DNA from: Candidatus Wildermuthbacteria bacterium RIFOXYD1_FULL_50_12 | Lineage (GTDB): Bacteria; Patescibacteriota; Minisyncoccia; Minisyncoccales; UBA10102 | Direction: 5' to 3' | Assembly: GCA_001825035.1 (NCBI GenBank) | Contig: MHUO01000004.1 | Coordinates: forward strand, 155,476 to 219,475 | Length of the DNA: 64,000 nt | Notes under the pieces: model-generated | What the model saw: only the letters and a program-made list of their open reading frames with translations | Databases searched by the model: none | Told to the model about the DNA's origin: nothing | Position numbers and translations under genes: made by a program | Part shown: positions 54,397 to 62,931 of the stretch, piece after piece | Layout of the letters: each line of letters opens with the position of its first letter | Numbering within the stretch: position 1 is the stretch's first letter

Positions 54397-56040
54397 ATGA
54401 CTGTTTCTGCATTGCTCAACGGCAAAACCGGCACCATAGGGGCGGCGGCAGGTATTCTTTTTGTCTCTTCGCTCGTGAGCGGACTTTTGGGCTTTGCAAG
54501 GAACGGCTTGCTCTCATGGCGCTTCGGAGCCGGAGAAGCAACCGATATGTATTTCGCCGCTTTTCGCATTCCAGATTTCCTCTACGGAATACTCATTATG
54601 GGAGGCATTTCAGCGGTCTTTCTTCCGCTGTTTTCTGAGCGCATGGCGCAGGGCAGAGAGGAGGCGTGGAAGTTTGCGAGCAATCTTCTTAATATTATTA
54701 TTGGCTCATTGGCCGTGTTCGCCGCTTTGGTGTTTCTATTCGCGCCCCAACTCATCCCTCTTGTGGCTCCCGGATTCTCAGCCGCGCAAATTGAGACGAG
54801 CGCGAATCTTACGCGCCTTATGCTCTTGAGTCCCATTCTATTCGGAATATCTGCCGTGCTCTCCGGAGTCCTCCATTATTACCAGAGATTTTTCGCGTAT
54901 GCCTTGGCTCCGGTGCTGTACAACCTCGGCATCATTTTGGGCATTTTGTTTCTTGCTCCCTTATGGGGCATTTGGGGAGTCGCTGTCGGCGTGATTCTGG
55001 GGGCTCTGCTTCACGTGCTCATTCAGGCGCCGGTTGCCTGCAAGGAAGGGTTTTCGTGGCAGCCCCTGTGGAATCTCAAAGACGCCTCGGTGAGAAAAGC
55101 CGCCGTTCTTGCCTTTCCCCGCACTATTGCGACGGCCGCCTTCTACGTTAACATCATAGTGATGACGGCGCTTGCTTCCCTTATTGCAGAAGGAAGCATT
55201 ACCATATTTGAATACGCAAATCATATTCAGCAGCTGCCCGTGGGTTTGATTGGGGTGTCTTTTGCGCTCGCGGCCTTTCCCGCGCTCTCACGCTTTGCCG
55301 TAGAGCAGAATTCCGCGAAAATGCGCCAGGCATTTTCGCGGACGGCTTCTAACGTTTTGTTCTTTGTTTTGCCGTTATCTGCTCTCATATTTCTTTTGCG
55401 CGCACAAATAGTGCGCCTTATTTACGGAGCGGGACCGCACTTTGGCTGGGATGAAACGCGCCTTACCGCGGCGGCGCTCGGCATATTTGCTTTTGGCATT
55501 GTTTTTTACGCGCTCATTCCCTTGTTCACGCGCTTATTCTTTGCTTTGCAAGACACCAAAACCCCAACCTTTGCGAGCGTGTCTGCGGTTGTGTTAAACA
55601 TTGTCTCTGCTGTCTTCTTTATTGGCGCATTCGCTGCCCCGAACACGTTTTCGCAGTTCTTTGTTTCTGCTCTGCGGTTGGAAGGCATTGAAGATATACG
55701 CATTCTCGCTCTGCCCTTGGCTTTTGTGTTAGCCGGCATATTTCAGGCAAGCTTGCTTTTGTTGCTCCTTGCGCGCAAAACAAAAGGGGTAGGTAAAAAG
55801 GATTTTCTTTCCTCTGCGGCCAAAACGGCAATTGCAACCTTGGCTTCTGGCGTCGTGACCTACGGAATGTTGCAGTTGTACGGAAGGCCTTTTCCGTTGG
55901 AAACATACGCACGCGTGCTCACGCAATTTTTGCTCGCGGGAGCCATCGGCGCTCTTGCGTTTGTAGCTACCGCCTTTCTGCTCCGTTCCTCTGAAATACT
56001 TTCTCTTTTCGTTCGCTTCCGGTCCTTTCTTAAAAAGTAA
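54397..56040 (+). CDS. murJ: Lipid II flippase MurJ (MviN)
   Basis: About 14 TM helices. N-terminal GLLGFARNGLLSWRFGAGEATDMYFAAFRIPDFLYG is typical of MurJ. Start at internal ATG 54397; the track ORF starts at 54007 and overlaps rnpB. Confidence 0.8.
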   Translation: MTVSALLNGKTGTIGAAAGILFVSSLVSGLLGFARNGLLSWRFGAGEATDMYFAAFRIPDFLYGILIMGGISAVFLPLFSERMAQGREEAWKFASNLLNIIIGSLAVFAALVFLFAPQLIPLVAPGFSAAQIETSANLTRLMLLSPILFGISAVLSGVLHYYQRFFAYALAPVLYNLGIILGILFLAPLWGIWGVAVGVILGALLHVLIQAPVACKEGFSWQPLWNLKDASVRKAAVLAFPRTIATAAFYVNIIVMTALASLIAEGSITIFEYANHIQQLPVGLIGVSFALAAFPALSRFAVEQNSAKMRQAFSRTASNVLFFVLPLSALIFLLRAQIVRLIYGAGPHFGWDETRLTAAALGIFAFGIVFYALIPLFTRLFFALQDTKTPTFASVSAVVLNIVSAVFFIGAFAAPNTFSQFFVSALRLEGIEDIRILALPLAFVLAGIFQASLLLLLLARKTKGVGKKDFLSSAAKTAIATLASGVVTYGMLQLYGRPFPLETYARVLTQFLLAGAIGALAFVATAFLLRSSEILSLFVRFRSFLKK

Positions 56041-56093
56041 AGGAGCGTGCTTTGAAAGTCGCCCCGAGGGCGGCTTTTTGGTATGATGGAGTA

Positions 56094-58826
56094 ATGTTTA
56101 CGCCAAACCATTGGTACGCAAAAGACGTTTTTGAGGTGCTTGGAGAACTGCGTGGAACTGAGCAGGGCTTGAGCGAGCAGGAAGCAAAGAAGCGCTTGGA
56201 GAGCGAGGGGCAGAACATCCTGCCAGAACCCAAGACAGACAGCGTATTGATTATTTTTCTCCGTCAATTCAAAAGCCCGCTTATTTACATCCTCTTGGGG
56301 GCCGCTGTCCTTGTGTTTGCGATGGGAGATTACGTGGACGCCTTGATCATTGCGACGGTGCTCGCGCTCAACGCCACCATCGGGACGTATCAGGAGGGAA
56401 GGGCGCAGAACACCTTGCTCGCTCTTAAGAAATTCGCGGAAACCAAATCAACGGTGGTGCGTGGCGGGAAGGAATATATCGTGCGAGATAGAGAATTGGT
56501 GCCGGGGGATGTTATTATTTTGCAGGAAGGGGAGAAAGTGCCTGCCGACGGTCGGGTTTTCGTTTCCAATAACCTTCGTGCGGACGAGTCCGGCTTTACG
56601 GGAGAATCCACTCCCGTGCACAAGATGGTAGAGATGCCGTCTGAAGTGTTGGAGTTGGGAGAGGGCATTCCGGTTTCAGAACAGCGCACTATGGTATTCA
56701 AGGGGACTATGATTGTGGCCGGCAACGGAAAAGCAATTGTCACGGCAACGGGCGTGCGCACCATCATAGGGAAAATTTCCCAGGAGATTGGAGCAATCAG
56801 CACGGATGTTCCCTTGAAGGCGAACATACAGTTGCTCTCTCGGTTTATCGTCGGGGCGACTTTCAGCATCTCCGCCTTCTTGTTTCTGACGGGCGTGTTC
56901 GTTTTCGGAAAAGATCTGCTGGAAATGTTTAAGCTCATTGTGGCTCTCGCAGTTTCCTTTATCCCCGAAGGGTTGCCGGTCGCATTAACGCTTGTGCTGG
57001 TTGCCGGCGTGTGGCGCATGGCAAAGCGGAACGCATTGGTGAAGCGCCTGCAGGCGGTAGAAGCCCTCGGGCAGGCACAGGTGATAGCGGTGGACAAAAC
57101 CGGCACCGTTACCACAAACGAACTGGTAACACGGAAAGCGTATATCGCAGGCAGGGTGTTTCATGCGACGGGGGACGGATATAATCCCGAGGGCAATTTC
57201 TTTCTCTACGAGGAACTCGTGCATCCGCAAGATTTTCCCGAACTTCAGTTTGCCGGGAAGGCGGCGGCGTTTTCCGCCAGCGCGAATGTGTCGTTCGACG
57301 AAAAAGCAAAACGCTGGAACGTAACCGGAGATCCCACGGAAGCCGCCATCCTCGTGTTTGGGCAAAAGCTCGGATACCAAGGAGAGAAGTGGGAGGAACA
57401 ATTCCCGCTTGTGTATGAACTGCCATTTGATTTTACGCATAAAGTGCGCCTCGTGGTGCGGGAAGACGGGAATGAATACCGAGTGTTTGTTACGGGCGCG
57501 CCGGAGCACGTGATGGCATTATGCGGCATGATCTGGATGCCCTCTGGTCGGCAGTCCCGCATGACAGAAAAGGAGCGGACACAGCTTGAGGCGGTATTTC
57601 ACGGGATGACGCGGGAGGGTCTGCGCGTGGTTGCGTTTGCGACGGCAGTGGTGAAGCCGAGGCGCAGAACAGAAGCCGCAAACCCGTTTGACTGGATTCA
57701 GTTAAACTCCATGCCAAAACTTGCCTTTTGCGGATTTTGGGGTATGCAAGACACCGTGCGCCCCGAGGCAAGGGCGGCTTTGACGCGCGCGAGGGAAGCC
57801 GGCATGCGCGTGGTGATGGTGACGGGAGATCACAAGCTTACGGCGCAGGCCATTGCCCGGGAAGTAGGCATTTGGCAGGAGGGGGACGATGTCCTCACGG
57901 GATATGACATCGGCACCTTGAGCGATGAGGAGCTGGACGCGCGTCTTGGAAAGGTAAGCGTGTTTGCCCGCGTTGCGCCCGAGCATAAGCTCCGCATTAT
58001 TCAAGGATTTCGTCGCCGAGGAGAGATTATTGCAATGACGGGGGACGGCGTAAACGACGCTCCGTCTTTGGTTGCCGCAGATTTGGGGGTGAGCATGGGA
58101 CGCGTTGGCACGGAGGTGGCAAAAGAAGCATCGGATATCGTGCTTCTCGACGATGATTTTGGGAGCATCGTTTCTGCGGCAGAAGAAGGGAGGAGTATCT
58201 ATCGCACCATCCGGAAGATATTGCAGTATGTGCTCTCCACGAATACGGGGGAGGTGTTGACGATTGCTGCGGTGCTCTTTTTGTTTCCCGAACACCCTCT
58301 GCCTTTAATAGCAGTCCAGATTTTGTGGATGAATTTCGTGACCGATGGGTTTCTGATGACGGCGCTTGCCATGGAGCCCAAGGAAAAGAATTTGTTGAAC
58401 GGATTTCAGAAAAAGCCGGGGAAGTATCTGGTGGACGCACCTCTCCTCGGAGTTAGCTTGTTCATTGGATTGACCATCGCGGTGGGAAGCGTACTCGTAT
58501 TTTCCCATTATCTGCAGGAAGGAGTGGTCGTTATGCAAACTATGGTGTTGACTACTATGGCTTGCTATCAATGGTTCCGCGCGTGGAGCGCGAGGGCGGG
58601 GGATTCTTCGCTGTTTCGAATCAGCCCGTTTTCCAACCGTTGGCTGCTCCTCGCTACCGTGCTCGTTGTGAGCTTGCAGATGATGGCGGTGTACGCGCCC
58701 TTTATGAATAAGATTCTGCGCACAGCCCCTCTTGAGTGGTCCGACTGGTTGTTGGCGTTTGGCATGGGGTCAACGGTGCTTGTCGCAGAAGAACTGCGCA
58801 AACTTCTCAAGAAGATTCGGCCCTAA
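56094..58826 (+). CDS. P-type cation-transporting ATPase (P2-type, Ca2+/Mg2+-ATPase-like)
   Basis: DKTGTVT phosphorylation site, MTGDGVNDAPSL, TGES. Start at ATG 56094. Confidence 0.85.
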   Translation: MFTPNHWYAKDVFEVLGELRGTEQGLSEQEAKKRLESEGQNILPEPKTDSVLIIFLRQFKSPLIYILLGAAVLVFAMGDYVDALIIATVLALNATIGTYQEGRAQNTLLALKKFAETKSTVVRGGKEYIVRDRELVPGDVIILQEGEKVPADGRVFVSNNLRADESGFTGESTPVHKMVEMPSEVLELGEGIPVSEQRTMVFKGTMIVAGNGKAIVTATGVRTIIGKISQEIGAISTDVPLKANIQLLSRFIVGATFSISAFLFLTGVFVFGKDLLEMFKLIVALAVSFIPEGLPVALTLVLVAGVWRMAKRNALVKRLQAVEALGQAQVIAVDKTGTVTTNELVTRKAYIAGRVFHATGDGYNPEGNFFLYEELVHPQDFPELQFAGKAAAFSASANVSFDEKAKRWNVTGDPTEAAILVFGQKLGYQGEKWEEQFPLVYELPFDFTHKVRLVVREDGNEYRVFVTGAPEHVMALCGMIWMPSGRQSRMTEKERTQLEAVFHGMTREGLRVVAFATAVVKPRRRTEAANPFDWIQLNSMPKLAFCGFWGMQDTVRPEARAALTRAREAGMRVVMVTGDHKLTAQAIAREVGIWQEGDDVLTGYDIGTLSDEELDARLGKVSVFARVAPEHKLRIIQGFRRRGEIIAMTGDGVNDAPSLVAADLGVSMGRVGTEVAKEASDIVLLDDDFGSIVSAAEEGRSIYRTIRKILQYVLSTNTGEVLTIAAVLFLFPEHPLPLIAVQILWMNFVTDGFLMTALAMEPKEKNLLNGFQKKPGKYLVDAPLLGVSLFIGLTIAVGSVLVFSHYLQEGVVVMQTMVLTTMACYQWFRAWSARAGDSSLFRISPFSNRWLLLATVLVVSLQMMAVYAPFMNKILRTAPLEWSDWLLAFGMGSTVLVAEELRKLLKKIRP

Positions 58827-58860
58827 CATTGCGGGGGATTTTAGGATAAGATGGGAGGGT

Positions 58861-60636
58861 ATGGAGGGGAAAATTCGGAATTTTGTCATCATTGCGCATA
58901 TTGACCATGGAAAGTCCACGTTGGCGGACCGGTTTTTGGAATTGACCGGAGCCGTGGAAAAGCGGCACATGAAAGAGCAATTTTTGGATCAAATGGAGCT
59001 GGAGCGGGAGAAAGGAATCACCATTAAACTTCAGCCCGTTCGCTTAAAGTATAAAGATTACATTCTCAATCTGATCGATACTCCCGGGCATGCGGATTTC
59101 AGCTATGAGGTATCGCGCTCGCTTGCCGCGGTGGAAGGAGCAATTCTGCTGGTGGATGCCACCAAGGGCGTGCAGGCGCAGACTTTGGCGAATCTGAAAC
59201 TTGCAAGAGAGGAAGGACTTACTATTGTGCCCGCCATAAACAAAATTGATTTGCCCTCAGCGCGAGTGGAGGAAGTGTCGAGATCCATTGCGGATTTGCT
59301 TACCATTGAGGAACGCGACATTCTGCGCATTTCAGCAAAGACGGGGGAGGGCGTGAAAGAACTTTTGGAAGCGGTGGTGGCACGGGTGCCCTCGGCCAGG
59401 GAAGAAACAGAGAAGCCACTCCGCGCGCTCGTATTTGATTCGCATTTCGACGCTTTCAAAGGAGTGGTGGCGTACGTGCGCGTGGTGGAGGGTATGGTGA
59501 AGACAAACGACGCGCTTTTTCTTATGGCATCGCGCGCCGAGAGTACGGCAAAAGAGGTAGGGCATTTTACGCCCGAGGAGGCGCCAGACCCGGAAGTGCG
59601 CGCAGGGCACATTGGCTATATTGCAACCGGACTCAAGGAATCGGAACTCGTGCGTATCGGAGACACCATCACGCTTAGTCAGAGCGCTCAGATTGCGCCC
59701 TTGGAAGGATATAAAAGGCCAAAACCCGTGGTGTTTGTGAGTTTTTATCCGCAAGATCCCCAGGATTTTGACGTGCTCAAAGACGCGCTTTCTAAACTTA
59801 GGTTGAACGATCCTTCCTTTGAATATGAGCCAGAGTCGCACGAGGCGCTCGGCAGGGGATTCAGGTGTGGATTTTTGGGCGTGCTTCATTCTGAAATTAT
59901 TTCAGAGCGCCTGCAGAGAGAATATGGAATTCAGCTGGTTATTTCGCGGCCGTCGGTTGAGTTCAAAGTTACGGATCTGAAAGGTAAGGAATTTTCCATA
60001 AAGACCGCGGCAGAGTGGCCAGAGGAGCATCAGATTCAGTCGGCAAAAGAGCCCTGGGTGTGGCTGGAAATTGTCACGCCATCCTCCTACTATTCACAAA
60101 TGGTACAACTGCTCTCCCAGCTCGAAGGGCAGCTGCTGGAAACCAATACTATTTCACAGCACGCACTCTCGGTTATTTTTGAAACACCCCTGCGAGAAAT
60201 TGTGATTGACTTTTACGACAAACTCAAAAGCGCCACGCAGGGCATGGCCTCCATGGATTATCAAATTGCGGACTGGAGGCCGGCAAACTTGGTGAAGCTT
60301 GAAATTCACATTGCAGGGCAAGTGGAGGAGGCGTTTTCGCAGGTCGTTTCCCGCGGCAAGGCGTATCGGGAAGGAAAGGCGGTCGCGGAAAAACTGAAAG
60401 AACTGCTGCCGCCGCAATTATTCGCGATGCCCATTCAAGCCGTGTCAGAAGGCAAGGTCATTGCGCGAGAAACCATAAAGGCACGCCGCCGCGACGTGAC
60501 CGCTCCTTTGTACGGCGGAGATGTAACGCGCAAGCGGAAATTGCTTGAGAAACAGAAAAAAGGCAAAAAAGAACTCGCCGCAAAAACCCGCGTGCACATT
60601 CCCTCCAAAGTGTTTCTTGATGTGTTCCGGAGTTGA
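58861..60636 (+). CDS. lepA: Translation elongation factor 4 (LepA)
   Basis: IIAHIDHGKSTLADR and DTPGHADF, with the LepA-specific C-terminal region. SD GGGAGG precedes ATG 58861. Confidence 0.9.
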   Translation: MEGKIRNFVIIAHIDHGKSTLADRFLELTGAVEKRHMKEQFLDQMELEREKGITIKLQPVRLKYKDYILNLIDTPGHADFSYEVSRSLAAVEGAILLVDATKGVQAQTLANLKLAREEGLTIVPAINKIDLPSARVEEVSRSIADLLTIEERDILRISAKTGEGVKELLEAVVARVPSAREETEKPLRALVFDSHFDAFKGVVAYVRVVEGMVKTNDALFLMASRAESTAKEVGHFTPEEAPDPEVRAGHIGYIATGLKESELVRIGDTITLSQSAQIAPLEGYKRPKPVVFVSFYPQDPQDFDVLKDALSKLRLNDPSFEYEPESHEALGRGFRCGFLGVLHSEIISERLQREYGIQLVISRPSVEFKVTDLKGKEFSIKTAAEWPEEHQIQSAKEPWVWLEIVTPSSYYSQMVQLLSQLEGQLLETNTISQHALSVIFETPLREIVIDFYDKLKSATQGMASMDYQIADWRPANLVKLEIHIAGQVEEAFSQVVSRGKAYREGKAVAEKLKELLPPQLFAMPIQAVSEGKVIARETIKARRRDVTAPLYGGDVTRKRKLLEKQKKGKKELAAKTRVHIPSKVFLDVFRS

Positions 60637-60641
60637 AGGTA

Positions 60642-60670
60642 TTGACAAGATTGCTTGCCCTTGCTATACT
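60642..60670 (+). promoter_or_regulatory. Consensus promoter TTGACA-17-TATACT
   Basis: TTGACA at 60642-60647, TATACT at 60665-60670, upstream of the yerC-like gene. Confidence 0.55.
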
Positions 60671-60710
60671 TTAGTCAATTAAAGTGCTTTAGTAGGATAA
60701 AGCAGATGGT

Positions 60711-61031
60711 ATGGCAAGATGGGATAATAGAACAACTGAAGAATTGCTAGAAGCGTTTGTCTCTCTGAAAAATAGATCAGAAGCAAAGAAGTTTTTGCGC
60801 GACTTGCTGACCGAGCAGGAGATTATTGAATTTGGCAAACGATGGAAAACAGCGCGCATGCTTAGCAAAAATGTGCCTTATTCCAAGATCGCGAAAGAAA
60901 CGGGGCTGAGCTCTACCACTATTGCCCGTATTTCCCGCTGGCTGAATAAAGGCATGGGTGGCTACGAACTTATGATTAAGCGCCTTGTAAACGATCATCA
61001 TCGCAATCTGACCCTCGTGAGAAGGGAATGA
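60711..61031 (+). CDS. TrpR-related YerC/YecD-family small DNA-binding protein
   Basis: 106 aa. The HTH region IAKETGLSSTTIARISR matches the YerC/YecD family. Confidence 0.55.
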   Translation: MARWDNRTTEELLEAFVSLKNRSEAKKFLRDLLTEQEIIEFGKRWKTARMLSKNVPYSKIAKETGLSSTTIARISRWLNKGMGGYELMIKRLVNDHHRNLTLVRRE

Positions 61032-61067
61032 TTGTGATTGCTTTATTTTTGATATTTTAATCACACT

Positions 61068-61098
61068 CGCTCCCTTCTTAGAAGGGAGTTTTCTTTTC
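61068..61098 (+). terminator. Intrinsic terminator (GCUCCCUUC/GAAGGGAGU stem plus U-tract)
   Basis: Stem 61068-61076 / 61081-61088, loop UUAG, then UUUUCUUUUC. Confidence 0.6.
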
Positions 61099-61319
61099 TG
61101 AGAAGAATAGATCTTTCATAAAAAGGGGGAGAGAAGTGAGTGATAGGAGAGGTTTTATTCTCGTCGTGATCATATGGCTTGTCCTTATAAGCATCGCGCT
61201 TTTCGTTGGGTTTCCGCGTCCACCTCCTATCGGTGAAAGGGAAGAATGCCATATAGTTTTTCCAAGAGTGGGAATAAGCAGCTGCGATATAAGAAGATAG
61301 AAAAGGAGAGAAAAGAACG

Positions 61320-62144
61320 GTGATTAAGATAGCATTCCCGAAGGGGCGTAATTTAGCGCGCGCAGTAGGAGCTGCCGATAATCTTTTAAGGGAGAGCTTC
61401 GGAGCAGACCTTTGGATAAAATACGTAGCAAAGTACGTCTACGAATGGAACGGTGGTGCGGGCAAGGAGCCACTTTTTCGCGGCGTGTTTATGCGAGCTC
61501 GCCATATCCCCGAGCTGGTTGCAAAAAGGAATTACGAACTCGGAATTTGTGGGCGAGATTGGGTAGCTGAGAGCGGCTGGGGGGTCTTGCGCGATCACTA
61601 CGAGGCAAGGCATAGGGGGTTCGGCTACCACGAGATAGAGGTTTGGTCGCAGGAGAAGGAGAACAGCCTTATTGTCACACAGCCTCTCGATCGTTTGGTG
61701 GACATCGTTCTCTTTTGCGCAGAGAACGATCCCGTTGCCGCTGGTCTGGACGATGCGGGGCTGCCTGGGCACTATTCAAGGATAGCCCAAGTACTGAGGA
61801 ATCAAATTCTGAGTGAATACCCCAGGATTACTCAGAAGTACGGCCTGGATTGCTTAACCTACAACTGGCCGTTGGACCTTGAATTGCCCCAATACCCTAA
61901 AGTTGTAGCTTGTTCAGGTTCGGCAGAGTCGCATATTCCCCACGACTACCGCTTTGGCGTTTGTGTGAGAGAGACGGGAAAAACACTTGAGCTGAGTCAT
62001 CAGCGGGTGCTCCACGTGATATTTAAGACAGGCGCTGTGTTAATCGCAAATTACGAATGGGAGGAAAATGAGTCAAGTGGGATTTTCTATCGTATCTACG
62101 AGGCAATGAGGCGAACGAAAGCTTTCGCAGGACGAAGCAAGTAA
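61320..62144 (+). CDS. ATP phosphoribosyltransferase (HisG)-like protein
   Basis: IKIAFPKGRNLARAVGAADNLL resembles the HisG N-terminal motif (KIALPKGRL). GTG start. The remainder is only weakly HisG-like. Confidence 0.4.
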   Translation: MIKIAFPKGRNLARAVGAADNLLRESFGADLWIKYVAKYVYEWNGGAGKEPLFRGVFMRARHIPELVAKRNYELGICGRDWVAESGWGVLRDHYEARHRGFGYHEIEVWSQEKENSLIVTQPLDRLVDIVLFCAENDPVAAGLDDAGLPGHYSRIAQVLRNQILSEYPRITQKYGLDCLTYNWPLDLELPQYPKVVACSGSAESHIPHDYRFGVCVRETGKTLELSHQRVLHVIFKTGAVLIANYEWEENESSGIFYRIYEAMRRTKAFAGRSK

Positions 62145-62162
62145 AAGGGAGACGAGAACGCA

Positions 62163-62197
62163 AGGGCGGTTTCATCTGAAACCGCCCTTCACTTTTT
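62163..62197 (+). terminator. Intrinsic terminator (12-bp stem AGGGCGGUUUCA/UGAAACCGCCCU plus U-tract)
   Basis: Perfect 12-bp stem at 62163-62174 / 62177-62188, then UCACUUUUU. Confidence 0.65.
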
Positions 62198-62340
62198 AGG
62201 CAAAAGCGGGTATAATGCGCGTGCGGAGAGGATTGTTAAAAGAGAGGAGCCAAGAGAAACACAAACATTGAGAGTACGATAAGGAAGACAACAACAATCC
62301 ACACCCCGCGAATTATTTGTTTTGATTTCATGATTGGTTT

Positions 62341-62748
62341 ATGGTAGCAAAAATTTCCAGGTTCGACAAACAAAAAAGGCAGGTGCTTGAGGGCATGGTT
62401 GCGGCTGCGGCATTTGTGATTGTACTTGCGAGCATTATGGGATTTTTCGTGTACCAGAACGTGAGCACCTATCAGAAACGCGCTGGGCTCGAAAACAGAT
62501 TGCAGGAGCTTCAAGCACAGGCGATTGATCTCGCCCTGCAGAAGGAGATGCTGGAGGCAGCCGTTGCAGATACCCAGACCGAAGAATATCAAGAGCGCAT
62601 GCTGCGTGAGCAGGGGCTGTATAAGAAAGAAGGGGAACAGGTGGTAACTGTTTTGCCGCCCGAAATCACTTCCGAAACAATATCCCAGGAAGAAAATATA
62701 AAAGAGCGTGTGTGGTGGAAACCCTGGACGTGGTTTGAACGTGAGTAG
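62341..62748 (+). CDS. ftsB: FtsB/DivIC-like septum formation initiator (TM helix plus coiled coil)
   Basis: One N-terminal TM helix, a coiled coil, and C-terminal EYQERMLREQGLYKKEGEQVV, typical of PF04977. Confidence 0.5.
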   Translation: MVAKISRFDKQKRQVLEGMVAAAAFVIVLASIMGFFVYQNVSTYQKRAGLENRLQELQAQAIDLALQKEMLEAAVADTQTEEYQERMLREQGLYKKEGEQVVTVLPPEITSETISQEENIKERVWWKPWTWFERE

Positions 62749-62751
62749 GCT

Positions 62752-62825
62752 GCGGGATTCGTATAGTGGTAGTACGTAACCTTCCCAAGGTTGAAGCGCC
62801 GGTTCAATTCCGGTATCCCGCTCCA
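62752..62825 (+). tRNA. tRNA-Gly (anticodon CCC), CCA encoded
   Basis: Acceptor GCGGGAU/AUCCCGC, anticodon stem-loop UAACC-UUCCCAA-GGUUG, T-arm CGCCGGUUCAAUUCCGGU, 3' CCA. Confidence 0.8.
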
Positions 62826-62834
62826 GAGGGCGAC

Positions 62835-62906
62835 GCCGATGTAGCTCAGTGGCAGAGCAACTCTTTCGTAAAGAGTAGGCCGTCGGTTCAAATCCGACCA
62901 TCGGCT
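62835..62906 (+). tRNA. tRNA-Thr (anticodon CGU), CCA not encoded
   Basis: Acceptor GCCGAUG/CAUCGGC, D-arm GCUCAGUGGCAGAGC, anticodon loop UUCGUAA, T-arm GUCGGUUCAAAUCCGAC. Confidence 0.8.
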
Positions 62907-62931
62907 CCGTATCATTAGGTGTTCGGATATT

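Noticed and set aside
62236-62901. 221-aa minus-strand ORF (including a hydrophobic 31-aa tail MKSKQIIRGVWIVVVFLIVLSMFVFLLAPLF)
   Set aside because: It runs antisense across tRNA-Gly, tRNA-Thr and the ftsB-like gene. The tail has no SD or promoter. Considered spurious.
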